From contig JBHGNT010000003.1 of assembly GCA_043228905.1 (NCBI GenBank), positions 18,290,001 through 18,354,000 on the forward strand: a DNA stretch of 64,000 nucleotides, read 5' to 3'. The position numbers and the translations under genes were made by a program. This document shows, piece after piece, positions 11,934 through 24,387 of the stretch (position 1 is the stretch's first letter; each line of letters begins with the position of its first letter). Source of the DNA: Azolla caroliniana. Lineage: Eukaryota; Plantae; Polypodiophyta. The notes under the pieces are model-generated. The model was not told where the DNA came from and ran no database searches. It saw only the letters and a program-made list of their open reading frames with translations.

Positions 11934-14900
11934 TGTTGAGAAATCGTTCAGTCAAATCACAATAAATGAACTGTGCTGAAATACGAATCACAGATATCCC
12001 AGAAAAAGGAAAGGACAAACAATGGTGCACAGAGATTTAACGTGGAAACCCTAAAACGGGAGAAAACCACGGGAACAGAGCTTCACTATGTATAATGGAT
12101 ATACAACACAAAATGTTACAACACTCCTTCAAGTTTATCAGCCACACAGGGCTCTTGACATCTACTGTTACGCACACAACTATGGCGCCACTCACACTCA
12201 CTCTCTCTATCTCACACGCTCTCATGCTACTTCTGTTCTACAATCTCTTCTCTCACGTTTTGCCCTAAGTGTATTTATACTTATACACTGTATGGGCTAT
12301 TTACAAATGTAGCCTCTGCTACGTATTATTATTATTGCTATAATAATAATAGTCGAACTATCAAACAGTTGACTCACTTTCTTCGACTCTTCAATTGTCG
12401 GCTTTCCGAACAGTCGGATCTTCCCTGTCTTCGACTGTCGGCACTCCTTGGTCTGATCAGTCGGCTCCTCGTAGTCATCGACTGTCAACAACTTCTGGAC
12501 AGTCGGTTCCTCCTCCCACTGGAGGGACATATTCCCAACAAACTCCCCCTTCACTCCTGTGGGAGGAAGTCAGTTAATCCTGTCTTCTGTCGACAGACTC
12601 TGAGTCTATCCATAGGTCGGTTCTTCGTCAACATGTCAGATCCATTGTCGTTAGTATGGATCTTCACCGAGGAAAACTCTCCTTCTTTGACTCTCTCCCG
12701 CAACTAGTGATACCTTCTCTGTATATGCCTGGTCCGGGAGTGGTATGCAACATTCTTGGCAAGATGTATGGCACTTTGGCTATCACAGTGAAGCAAGAGC
12801 TCCTTTTGCTTCATCCCTAATTTAGTGAGAAAACTTCTCATCCAGATCATCTCTTTGCCGACCTCTACTGCTGCCATATACTCTGCCTCTGTAGTCGACA
12901 AAGCTACAGACTTTTGTAGTCGTGATTGCCATGACATTACTCCCCCTGCATAGGTCATCACGTACCCTGACGTGGATCGGCTTGAGTTGACATCTCCCGA
13001 CATGTTCGAGTCGGTAAAACCTTCCAGCACAGGTTTTCCGACACCATACCTTGGGCATACCCCTGAGGTGCCCTTTAAGTACCTGAGTATCCACTTCACT
13101 GCTGCACAATGTTCTCTCCTTGGATTACTCATGTATCGTCTTACTGCTCCTACAACAAATGCTATGTCTGGTCTCGTATAGACCATAGCATACATTAGAC
13201 TGCCAACGGCCGAGGTATATGGTACCTTCCTCATCTCGACCTTTTCCTTCTCCCCTTTCGGGCACTGCTTCACATTCAATCTGCAATTTGTCGGCAACAC
13301 TGAGCCGACCGGCTTTGCATTTGACATGTTAAATCTCTCTAGGATCTTCGACACATACTTTTGCTGTGACAACCATAGCACCTTTTGAGTTCTGTCCCGA
13401 ACTATGTGCATTCCTAAGATCTGTTTAGCTGGTCCAGGGTCTTTCATGGCAAATGATTTGCCGAGAGCTTTCTTCAAGCTTCCAATCTTCCTTGTATCTT
13501 GACCAACTATCAACATGTCATCGACATATAGCAAGAGAATCAAGAAGTCTCCTTCTTCGTACCTTTTGACTAACACACAATGATCGGCCTGTGTTTTCTG
13601 GAACCGGTGTTCCATATTGAAGGACTCGAACTTCTTGTACCATTGGCGTGGAGCTTGATTCAGATTGTACAAGATTTTCTTCAGTCGACACACTAGATTC
13701 TCTTTCCCTTTCTCCTCAAAGCCTTTACGTTGTTGCATGTAGATTTCTTCTTCTAGCTCCCCGTGCAAAAACGCGGTTTTAACATCCAGCTGTTTGATCT
13801 CTAGATCCATACTGGCCGCTATGCTCAGAACAGTTCGAATGGATGTCATCTTCACGTCTGGTGCGAATATTTCGTCAAAGTCGACGCCCTTTTTCTGTTG
13901 AAAACCCTTCACCACTATGCAGGCTTTATACCTAGGCTCATTGTTGGCTTCTCCAGTCTTCACTTTGTAGACCCGTTTATTCCTGAGTGCTTTCTTACCT
14001 TTCGGCAGCTCTACCAGGTCGTAGGTGTAATTCTCATGCAAGGATTCCAACTCATCTTGCATCGCACTCAGCCATTTCACTCTGTGTTCATCGACAATGG
14101 CTTCTTCATAGCACTCTTGTTAACCTTCATTAGTGAAGAGGATGTATTGGCTGGCATATGTAGTCGGTGCTTTCCTCTCCCTGAGTGGGTATCTTCTTCC
14201 ACTCGTTGTTGGCTCTCTTTTGGATGTCTCTGCCAACTCTTCTCTCTGCTTGGGATTCTGCTCGTCAATCAGGCCGCTCTTGGTTGGGTAATTCCAACTC
14301 ATATTCATCAATTGACCTTAGCAACTCTACCGACTCTGACTCATAGTCAGTTGGTCTCTCCGAGTCGAACGACTCGGATTTGGCTTTGTCGGCTAGCTGT
14401 CTCCTTACAGTTGTCGGTGACGACTCACTTGGCCTTAAGTCGATGGTAGTCGGGGTTGACTAGGGAGTCGATTCTGACTTTTGTTGCTTCCAGTATTCAA
14501 TCGTCTTGTCTTCTAGAAAGACTACATCCCGACTTCTCACTACCTTCTTGTCAACTAGGTCCCATAGCCTATAGCCGAATTCATCTTCTGAGAATCCCAT
14601 GAATATGCATGCTTTCGATTTGCTGTTGAGCTTTGGCCTCTGATCTTTCAGTACATGCATGTACGCTAGACATCCAAACACCCTCAGATGCTGGTAGGAG
14701 ACATCCTTCCCTGTCCACACCCTCTGTGGGACATCACCCTTCAATGGTACTGAGGGAGACCTGTTGATCAGATAAACAATTGTGTACATCGCTTCAGCCC
14801 AATAGGATTTCAACAGTTTCGCATGAGAGAGCATGCTCCTTACTCTCTCCATGATTGGTCGATTCATCCTCTCTGCAAGCCCGCTCAACTCTGGGGTCTT

Positions 14901-17245
14901 TGGTACTGTGTATTCGATTCGAATACCTTGGCTCTTGCAGTATTCCTCGAATTGCCCTTTGTACTCGCCGCCGTTGTCAGTTCGGACAACCTTCAACTTT
15001 CGACCTGACTCTCTTTCAGCTCTTGCCTGGAATTCCTTGAAAACTGACAATACTTGATCCTTCGTCTTCAGTACGAAGGCCCATGTCTTCCGACTATGGT
15101 CATCAATGAATGTCACAAAGTACTATCCACCTCGATGCGATGGAGCATCAACATAGCACACGTCCGTGTGTACTAGTTCTAGTGCAGTCTCTCTTCTTCT
15201 CGATGGTCTTGTGTGGAATGCATGTCTGTTCTGCTTTTCGGCTAAGCAGTCGACGCACTTCTCCAGATGCACACCCTTGACTTCTGGTAGAAGTTTCTGG
15301 TTGGCTAACAGGTGCATTCCCTTCTCACTCATGTGGCCTAGCCTCTTATGCCATATCTCACATGCCGAGTCGGCTGCCACATTTACTTCCAATTTGCACA
15401 GTCGGGCATGCATCATGTACAATGTGCCTTTTTTCTGTGCTCGGGCCATTATAAGATTTTCTCGACAGAACTTCCACTTGCCATTTCGAAAGCTACCACT
15501 ATAGCCTTCGTCATCTAACTTTCCAGTCAATATCATATTCAATCTGATATTGGGGACGTGTTGAACATCCTTCAGTGTCAGTCGACACCCTGTTGATGTC
15601 ATTAAGCAAACACTTCCGACTCTGGTTACCTTGCACTCTCCACTGTCACCCATCTTTACATAGCCATGATCCTCGGCTATGTAAGTCGAGAAATACTCTT
15701 TGGACGGAGTTATGTGGAACGATGCCTCGGAATCAATCACCCACGTGCAATCTTCACTTGCAAGATTTGCATTTGTCTGTTCACAAATGAACAGGAGTTC
15801 TTCATTGCTTGTAGCAATGGCCAAATTGTTCTTCTCATCCGGAATCTTCCTGGCTTCGACATTATTTCCGACACTCTTATCTTTCTTTAAGTGTCGACAG
15901 TCCTTCTGGAAGTGTCCAGGCTCTCCACAATAAAAGCACACGGGCTTACCTCAGGACTTCAATCTGGCATGGGATTTGTCTGTTCGTTGCGGACTTCTTC
16001 TTCACCGGTCTCTTCCTCTATCCATATGTTGAGTTAGATTCGACTCCGATTGGGATAGGACTCATTTTTCTTTCCTCGCCTCCTCATTTAGGATGCTTGT
16101 CTTCACTGTTTGTAAAGACAAGTTCTCTTCTTGACAGGAGGTGCTGAGAGTAACCACCAGGTTCTCCTAGCTGTCCGGCAGTGTGCACATTAGCAGGATG
16201 GCCTGCATTGCATCATCCAAGGGAAACTTGGTTGCAGCAAGTTGATTTACATACCCCATGAATGTGTTGATGTGTTCGACGATGCTCTCACCGTCTCTGT
16301 ATATCAGCCGTGCGATTTTTCTCATCAGCAAGGTTTTATTGAGCGCATTCTTCCTCTGATACAGACCCGATAGCTTCTGCCACATTTCGTGGGCATTTGT
16401 GTCGTTCGCCGCATGCTGAAGAACACTTATGTTGACACACTATCGGATGGTGGCCACTGCCTTTCTATTTAGAAGTTTCCAATCCGACTCCAATACCCCC
16501 CTGGGTATGTCTGCTTTGTCGACTGGCTTGTACAGGTCTTTCACGATGAGGAGGTCTTCCATCTTTATCTTCCAGTCTGCATAGTTCTGTGAGTTTAGAA
16601 CTATCATACTTGGGAAACTGCTCACACCTCCTTCCATGCTTGCACCTCAAGCTCTGATACCAGTTTGTTGAGAAATCGTTCGGTCAAATCACAATAAATG
16701 AATTGTGCTGAAATACGAATCACAGATATGCCAGAAAAGGAAAGGACGAACAATGGTGCATAGAGATTTAACATGGAAACCCTAAAATGGGAGAAAACCA
16801 CGAGAATAGAACTTCATTATGTATAGCGGATATACAACACAAAATGTTACAACACTCATTCGAGTGTATCAGCCACGCAGGGCTCTTGACGTCTACTGTT
16901 ACGCACGTAGCTATGGCGCCGCTCACACTCACTCTCTCTATCTCACACGCTCTCACGCTACTTCTGTTCTACAATCTCTTCTCTCACATTTTGCCTGAAG
17001 TGTATTTATACTTATACACTGTATGAGCTATTTACAAATGTAGCCTCTGCTACGTATTATTATTATTGCTATAATAATAATAGTCGAACTATCAAACAAT
17101 TGACTCACTATTTTCGACTCTTCGACTGTTGGCTTTCCGAACAATCGGATCTTCCCTGTCTTCGACTATCGACACTCCTTAGTCTGATCAGTCGGCTCCT
17201 CGTAGTCATCGACTGTCAGCAACTTCTTGACAGTCGGTTCCTCCC
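11934..17245 (-). mobile_element. Copia element A (Tork/Tto1-like), near full length, degenerate
   Basis: 3' LTR 11934-12540 (TGTTG...CAACA), PPT ~12543-12552. 5' LTR 16666-~17245 with its outer ~27 bp missing. PBS-Met 16651-16662. LTRs differ at roughly 14 of the first 170 nt, mostly transitions. Confidence 0.95.
12560..16637 (-). pseudogene. Copia A gag-pol with stops and frameshifts
   Basis: gag LNSQNYADWKIKMEDLLIVKDL; CFYCGEPGHFQKDC; WVIDSEAS; WHKRLGH; FIDDHSR...RTDNGGEY; RT LLLYVDDML; RH FTDSNMSG, HCDSQSAI. Confidence 0.93.
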
Positions 17246-20200
17246 AGTGTGGAAGTTGAACATGAGGGACATGCTCGTGGTCAAAGACCTCTGGCTACCG
17301 GTACAGTTTGGGGACAAGAAACCGGATAAGATCGATGCCATGACATGGGAGGTGATGCACATGAAGACGACGACATACATACAATGCTTCATCGACATGA
17401 GCCTGTACAACAACTTCCATGAAGAAAGTAAGGCTCATGAACTCTGGGAGAAGATCGACATCATGTTCTAGAAAAAAAATGTTGTTAATCGGGTTTCAGT
17501 ATTTTGGAAGTTAGTGAGGCTCCGGAACCAAGACGACTCAAGTATGGCGGAGCACATGAATGGCTTCCAGGGGCTAATACACCACCAAGCCACCTCATTG
17601 GAAGTACCTCTCGTGAATGAGGTACTCGCACTACTCCTACTTGGTTCCCTCCCGGATAGCTGGGAGACGTTAGTTGTCACGTTGGGCAACGTTGGGCGGC
17701 ACTCGGGCCGGAAGGAAAACAATTGTCTCTAGCAAGAGTAAAGTCGAGCTTGCTAGATGAAGAGGCGCGTCGGAAAGACAAGGAAGTGATTTCCAACTCC
17801 AAAGTCCTGATTACCGAATCGGAAGCACAAGGAGGAAGACAACGGAACCGTAGTCCCCAGAATCGGGAAAAGTCGGGGACAAGGTCGAAGTCAAGGGGGA
17901 GGCCTACTTGCTTCTATTGTGGGAAACTAGGGCACTTCCAGAAAAATTGTCGGCATTTCCGGAAAGAGAAAGGAACCGACAGTGCCGATTCGAAGAAGGG
18001 TTCAGACCGGAATGGTTCAGACCGGAAGGGAACGTCAGTGATCGCGACAAGTGAAGAAGAACTGATGCTCATTGCTGAGGAGAATGGGTTATACCTTGTC
18101 GGTGAAGAGACAACATGAGTTGTCGATTCCGGAGTGTCATTCCATTTGACACTGGACTAGAAATGCTTCTCATCCTACATAGCTGGAGATCACGGTTGTG
18201 TCTGGATGGGGAATGAAGGTACATGCCGAATTGTTTGCATAGGAGATGTGTTGTTGATAGCATCAACCGGATGCAAATTGCTGCTGAAAGTAGTATGACA
18301 TGTTCCGGTGGTTCGGTTGAACCTGATATCAGCCGGTCAGCTAGATGATGAAGGCTACACGGGTAGCATCTGGAACGGACTCATGAAATTCAGCAAAGGA
18401 AGCTTGATCGTGGCTCGAGCTTGGAAGATCAACACATTGTACTTGATGAATGCCCGGATATGCCGAGAAGAAGTGAACGTAGCATCCGACACTGCCGGTG
18501 AGCTGTGGCACAAGAGACTATGTCATATGAGCCAGAAGGGGATGAGAAGACTTGCCGAGGACAACCTCATTCCGGGGGTGAAGGAAGTGCAACTTGAGAA
18601 GTGCACCAATTACTTGGCCAGCAAGCAAAACTGAACCTCCTTCCGATTAAGACCATCGATGAGATGGAATGCACCACTAGAGCTGGTGCATACCGATGTG
18701 TGTCAAGTCGACACAAAGTCACATGTTGGATCACAGTACTTCATGACGTTCATAGACGACCACAACCGGAAGATGTGGGTCTGACCATTGAAGACAAAGG
18801 ATCAAGTGCTATCCGTCTTCAAGGAGCTCCACGCGAGAGTGGAAAGAGAAACCGGCCGGAAGCTGAAGGCAGTTCGAGCTGATAAAGAAGGAGAATACCA
18901 GGGACTGTTTGAGGAGTATTGCCTGTTGAAGGGAATCCGGCTCGAATTTACCGTGCCGAAGACACCGGAATTGAACAGGTTGGCTGAATGGATGAACCAG
19001 AACATAATGGAGAGAGTCTGAAGCATGCTAACACGTGCCAAGTTACCCAAGACGTTTTGGGTTGAGGCGCTGATGACTGCGACCTATGTGATAAATAGAT
19101 CACCCTCCACACCCTTGGAAGGAGACTCACCGCAGAAAGTATGGACTGGTAAAGATGAATCTTACCAGCATCTGAAGGTGTTTGGTTGTCTCACATATGT
19201 GCATGTCGCAAAGGACAAGAGAGAAAAGTTGGATCCGAAGACCCAACCATGCATATTCCTTCGATACGGCGATGATGAATTTGGTTACCGGGTGTGGGAT
19301 CTAGTAGAAAAGAAAGTGTTCCGGAGTCGGGACATAATCTTCATGGAAGACAAGACCATTACCAATTGGGAGTCGGAGAAGAAGGTGATGAACTCCGGAT
19401 CATCCAATGAAAACTGGTTTGAGTGCACAAGGACTTACCCAATTGAAAACCGGATGTTATCTGGTAACTAGATGACACTCGACGAACCAGCCGGATTCAG
19501 ACAAGAAACCGAACCGACCGAAGAAGAAGAAGAAGACACCGGAACCGGACAAGATCCCGAATCGGATTGGGATTTAGAACAAACGGAGGAACTGGTAGTT
19601 AGAAACCAAGGACGAAGATACCCTCCTAGAGAGAGAAGAGCCCCTCGGAGATTTCCGGATGCAGAGCACGTATTGCTGACTTATGAGGGGGAGTTGGAAA
19701 GTTTCGAAGAAGCAAAGAAAGACACCCATAACTGCAAGTGGTTAAGTGCCATGGAGGACGAGATGGATTCCCTGCATGAGAACCACACATATGAACTAAC
19801 GGAGTTGCCAAAAGGAAAGAGAGCACTTCAAAATAAGTGGGTGTACAAGCTGAAACTGGGAGACGCCGGAAATCCATCGAGGTACAAGGCCCGGATCGTA
19901 GTGAAGGGTTTCCAGCAGAAGAAAGGTGTGGAATTCGGTGAGATCTTTGCCCCGGTTGTAAAGATGACATCCATCCGGACGATATTGAGCATAGCGGCAA
20001 GCATGGACCTCGAGGTAGAGGAACTGGATGTCAAGACAACATTCCTACATGGCAACCTCGAAGAAGAGGTTTACATGCATCAACCGGAAGGATTTGAGAA
20101 GAAAGGGAAGGAGCACTTGGTGTGCTAGCTGAAGAAGAGCTTGTATGGATTGAAGCAAGCTCCCCGGCAATGGTACCAGAAGTTCAACTCCTTCATGACC

Positions 20201-20577
20201 GACCAAGGGTACCACAAGACGCAAGATGAGCACTGTGTGTTTGTGAAGAAATTTGTCGGAGGCGACTTCCTGATACTCCTACTATATGTAGATGATATGT
20301 TGATCGTCGGACGAGACCAAGTCAAGATCCAAATGTTGAAGAAGGCTTTGAACCAGACCTTCTCAATGAAAGACTTGGGTCCAACAAGACAGATTTTGGG
20401 GATGCACATCAACCGAGACCGGTCAAAGAAGTTGTTGTGTTGTCACAAGAAAAGTATGTTGTTGGGGTAGTTGTGGTTCGTACGACGAAGTCACAGGGAC
20501 TAAGGTTAAGGGGAGTTGAAGGAACTTTTATAAGGCTTGCGCACAAATGTTAGGAAGATTAAGGATAAGAAGAATAA

Positions 20578-20895
20578 GAGTTTAAAGTAATGTGTGTGAG
20601 AGAGAGACGAGTATAGATAAAAGATAGAGACAATGTATGATTCAAGAAGCAAGATAGAGACAAATTATGATTTAAGAAAAGAAAGTATACGATATGAACA
20701 TTATGTATATTACGAATACAAGATTTTACCACCTTTGAGTTTAAAGTAATGTGTGTGAGAGAGAGACGAGTATAGATAAAAGATAGAGACAATGTATGAT
20801 TCAAGAAGCAAGATAGAGACAAATTATGATTTAAGAAAAGAAAGTATACGATATGAACATTATGTATATTACGAATACAAGATTTTACCACCTTT
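20578..20895. repeat. Perfect 159-bp tandem duplication inside the solo LTR
   Basis: Unit starts GAGTTTAAAGTAATG at 20578 and 20737. Confidence 0.93.
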
Positions 20896-20926
20896 ACAAT
20901 GCTTGAACCCTTTCTCTACCGACTCT

Positions 20927-20981
20927 TGATTCGAACCCTTGACTCCAACTTGGAAACACGAGCCTCTTCACTAACAAGCTA
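20927..20981 (-). promoter_or_regulatory. tRNA-like Pol III module, opposite orientation to the array at 21224
   Basis: TAGCTTGTTAG ... GGTTCGAATCA, starts 44 nt apart. An extra B-box-like GGGTTCAAGC lies at 20901-20910. Confidence 0.6.
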
Positions 20982-21223
20982 ACATATTTGTTTCTTTGAT
21001 TATCTTCTTTCTCTAACTTTCTCTTCTTGATTCCCCTTTTGTTTTCCTTTCCCCTCTTTTTATAAGTATTGCAATGCATATGGTAATGTGTAGGAGCATG
21101 GCATGCATGTAATGCATGAGTTACATGTGATGCATGATAGCCATCATGCTCATTTGAGCTCCCATGTATGAAAATATATATGGGATAAGTATAATGATGG
21201 ATACAACCCTAAAACAAATGACC

Positions 21224-21483
21224 TAGCTTAGTGGTGTATGCTTTGTGCTTGATATACAAGGTCGAGGGTTCAAGTCCCTAAAACAAATGACCTAGCTTAG
21301 TGGTGTATGCTTTGTGCTTGATATACAAGGTCGAGGGTTCAAGTCCCTAAATTTTACTTAATACAATATTTAAGTTTATTCTTATATAGTGAAGCACATT
21401 CTTGACAATATTTCTAAAAACAAATAGCCTACCCTAGTGGTATATACATTGTGCTTGGTTTATAAGGTTGTGGGTTCAAGTGT
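21224..21483 (+). promoter_or_regulatory. Three tandem tRNA-like Pol III promoter modules (A + B box)
   Basis: A TAGCTTAGTGG at 21224 and 21293, B GGTTCAAGTCC at 21267 and 21336 (69-bp duplication). A third degenerate unit at 21430/21473. Anticodon-like stem TTGTG/TACAA, T-stem AGGG/CCCT, no acceptor stem. Confidence 0.8.
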
Positions 21484-24387
21484 TTGAAATATTACTGAAT
21501 TTAATATTTAAATTTATTTTTATATCGTGGAGCAAATCCTTCACGACAACGTGACAAAGGTGCTTCAACGGTTCAACATGTCGGATGCGAAACCGATCGG
21601 ATTGACACTTCCGGCAAATTGCAAGTTGTCTGGAAAGCAGAGCCCAAAGACAAAGCCAGAGAAGTCGGATATGACGAAGATACCATATGCCTCTGCCGTC
21701 GGAAACTTAATGTACGCAATGGTGTGCACTCGACTGGATATTGCATATGTTGTCGGAGTAGTCAGCCGGTTCATGAGCAATCCCAAAAGAGAGCATTGGA
21801 ACGCGGTCAAGTGGATACTTCGGTACTTTAAAGGCACCTCGAATATGTGCCTCCGGTAAATCCAAACTTGACGGATTCATGGATTCGGATATGTCGGCTG
21901 ATGTGGATACCAGCCGGTCTACATCCGGATATGTCATGACTTATGCAGGGGGAGTTGTATCATGGCTGTCGTGGCTGCAGAAGTCCGTTGCACTGTCGAC
22001 AACGGAAGCGAAGTACATGACAACTGTGGAAGCCGGCAAGGAGATAATCTGGATGAAGGACTTCATCAAAGAGCTAGGGATCCGACAGGAGGAATTCCGG
22101 CTCTACTACGACAATCAAAGAGCCATCCACCTTGCGAAGAACGCGACCTACCATTCCCGGACCAAGCACATCCAGAGGAGATATCATTGGCTCTGGGAGA
22201 AGGTAGAAGATCAAGACTTCGTGCTGACGAAGATCCACATGCAGGAGAACGGATCGGATATGCTGACTAAGGTGCTTTCAACCAACAACTTGGACGTGTG
22301 CCAGAGACGGATCGGATTAACGAGAAATCCCATGCCGGAGTGAAGGGGGAGCTTGTTGGGAATTCGGTCCCTCCGGATGGGATCTGGATGAGAACCAGAT
22401 GAGCCAGATGAAGGAACCGGATCCGTAAGGGTTCCGGATGAGACCAGGAAACCGGATCGAGTGAATCTAGATGGATCCGGTGCAAACCTTATCCAAGAAC
22501 ATATGTGTAAATATGTTTCATAGTGAGCCCATCGAGGCAATATTTGTAAATAGCCCTAAAGTCATATAAGTATAAATATGACTTAGGGCAACCACTTTAT
22601 GTAGCGATGAGAGTTGTTGATAGAGTGTATACACAGTGAAAGAGAGAGAGAGAAACACACACACATAGAACAATTTCTATTGTAATCGCCGGTTGGCGAA
22701 GACATAGAGCTCGAGGTTGTTGCCTCTGAGTCTCACATTGTATTCCTCCCCTCATAGTGATAGTTGGAGTCTGTGGGCTCCTGTGGTTTTACCCATTTAG
22801 GGTTTCCACCTAAACATCCTGTGTCATCTCTAGTTTTAGTTTGTCTTTCTTCCATTCATTGTTTAAGACTCGGTTGTGGCCCAACGCTATTTTTCGCACA
22901 ATCTTGTACCCTAGCATCCTCCCCCAAGGCAAGTACTTTTGCTGTCCAAGCATCATACCATCTTCACTTCTAATCCCAGGGTTCCAAAACTGTGGTTGTC
23001 GTCGCTGTTCATTCAGTGTTTTTGGTTGCATTAAGACCAACCCTTCTCTTAAACTTGACCATGCCTTCATTATGGTGCCAACCACCCTATCCTCCATGCT
23101 AGTCGGTTCTTTCAACTTTAGAGCTGGACTGGACATCCACCATGTATTTGCCTACCAAGGACCACCATTCCTGGGACACCAAAGGTCAGCTCTGTTCCTA
23201 ATGAGCACATTCCACAATTCTGGTCCAAGTTGTAGACTTCGCACCAAAAGCTTACCAAGTAGAGCCTTATTTTGGTGAACCGGATCCACCATGCCACTTT
23301 AGCTGACTCCATCTCATTATCTCTACCCTGTCTCCCTGATTCTTTGTCTTAATTAAATAACCCCATGCCACTTTAGCTGACACCATCTCATTATCTCTAC
23401 CCGACCACAGGAACCCTCTTAGCATTGCCTTAATATTTTTTATGCAGGCTTTGTTTAACAGCCAACATGCCACTGAATGCCACATGGTGGCCATCAAAAT
23501 ATGGTTCACCACCACAACCCTAACAACAAGGGAGAGCTTTACTGATGCCCACAACCAAAGCTTTGTTCTAATTTTGTCTTTGACCTGCCCAAGCTGTTGA
23601 TTTTTAGGTATCTGAACTCCCACCAAAAAGCCCAAATACTTAATAGTCATGCCATTGGGGACCCATTGAAAATCAACGTTAGGACACCATAACGGTCGTG
23701 GGTTTGAACTTACCCAAAATCCTCTACTTTTGTTCCAGTTAATTTTCCCCTCTGACGCTTTGCAAAACCACTCAATCCGTCCTTCAACCTTTTGCAAATT
23801 AGCATCGTTGCCTTGCAAGTAACGCATAGTGTCATCTGCATACTCAGAGTCCAGCAAATCCTTGCTCGCATGTGGAATAACTAAACCCCTTATTCTTGCA
23901 TCCGATTTGTTAAAAAAAAAAGAACGCCTTTGTAATATATAAATAAAGATAGGGGGCCAACGGGCACCCCTATCTAACAGATCTGCGTAATGGAATCGAT
24001 GGGCCACAATGCCTTGTCACTAACACCCTACTCGAACTTCCTTTGTAAAGGGCCATCGTAGCCGATCTCCATTTTAAAGGTAATCCCAACCTTTCCATGA
24101 GTTTATCTAAAAAAGACCACAGAGGTCTGTCATATGCCTTCTCAAAGTCAAGCATGAGACAGGTAATGTGTTGATTGGTTTTCTTTGCCAAGGCAATCAC
24201 CTCCCAAAATGTCAACACATTATCAATTATGCATATGTTTTCCATCAACCTTGTTTGTCCAACGTGGATTAGTTCATGCAGGTAGGGTTTTATCCTCTTG
24301 GCTAGTATGTTGGCAAATATCTTATATATTGTGTTGAGCAGCGTGATCGGTCTCCATTGCCTTGCATCTGTTGTTACACCTCGTACC

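Larger units (their letters stand above)
20460..21548 (-). mobile_element. Solo LTR of the Phygy-like gypsy family, 4-bp TSD
   Basis: TGTTGGGG...TTCACGACA, flanked by ATGT (20456-20459) and ACGT (21549-21552). Removing it restores host AAGT-ACGT-GACAAAGG (cf. 60869-60884). Shares the terminus, CATGCA block and GAACCCTTGACT motif with the LTR at 40210-41443. Confidence 0.85.
17245..22830 (+). mobile_element. Copia element B (Tork-like; same family as C and D), 5' end deleted, interrupted by a solo LTR
   Basis: Starts mid-gag (VWKLNMRDMLVVKDLWLP). CFYCGKLGHFQKNC, INT, RT YVDD, RH. PPT GAAGGGGGAG 22342-22351. 3' LTR from 22354 (TGTTGGGA), truncated at ~22830. Confidence 0.92.

Noticed and set aside
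11497-12030. 177-aa standalone protein
   Set aside because: Chimeric reading: the first ~32 codons come from the copia LTR, the rest is LINE ORF2.
12322-12352. AT-rich palindrome as a terminator or MITE (also ~17055-17082)
   Set aside because: (TAT)n/(ATA)n low-complexity feature present in both LTRs of element A.
17100-17471. Novel LTR-gag fusion gene
   Set aside because: Read-through across a deletion junction between elements A and B; ends in a premature stop.
21207-21350. Functional tRNA genes
   Set aside because: A/B boxes and two arms are present, but there is no acceptor stem and position 37 is not a purine. Treated as tRNA-like promoter modules.
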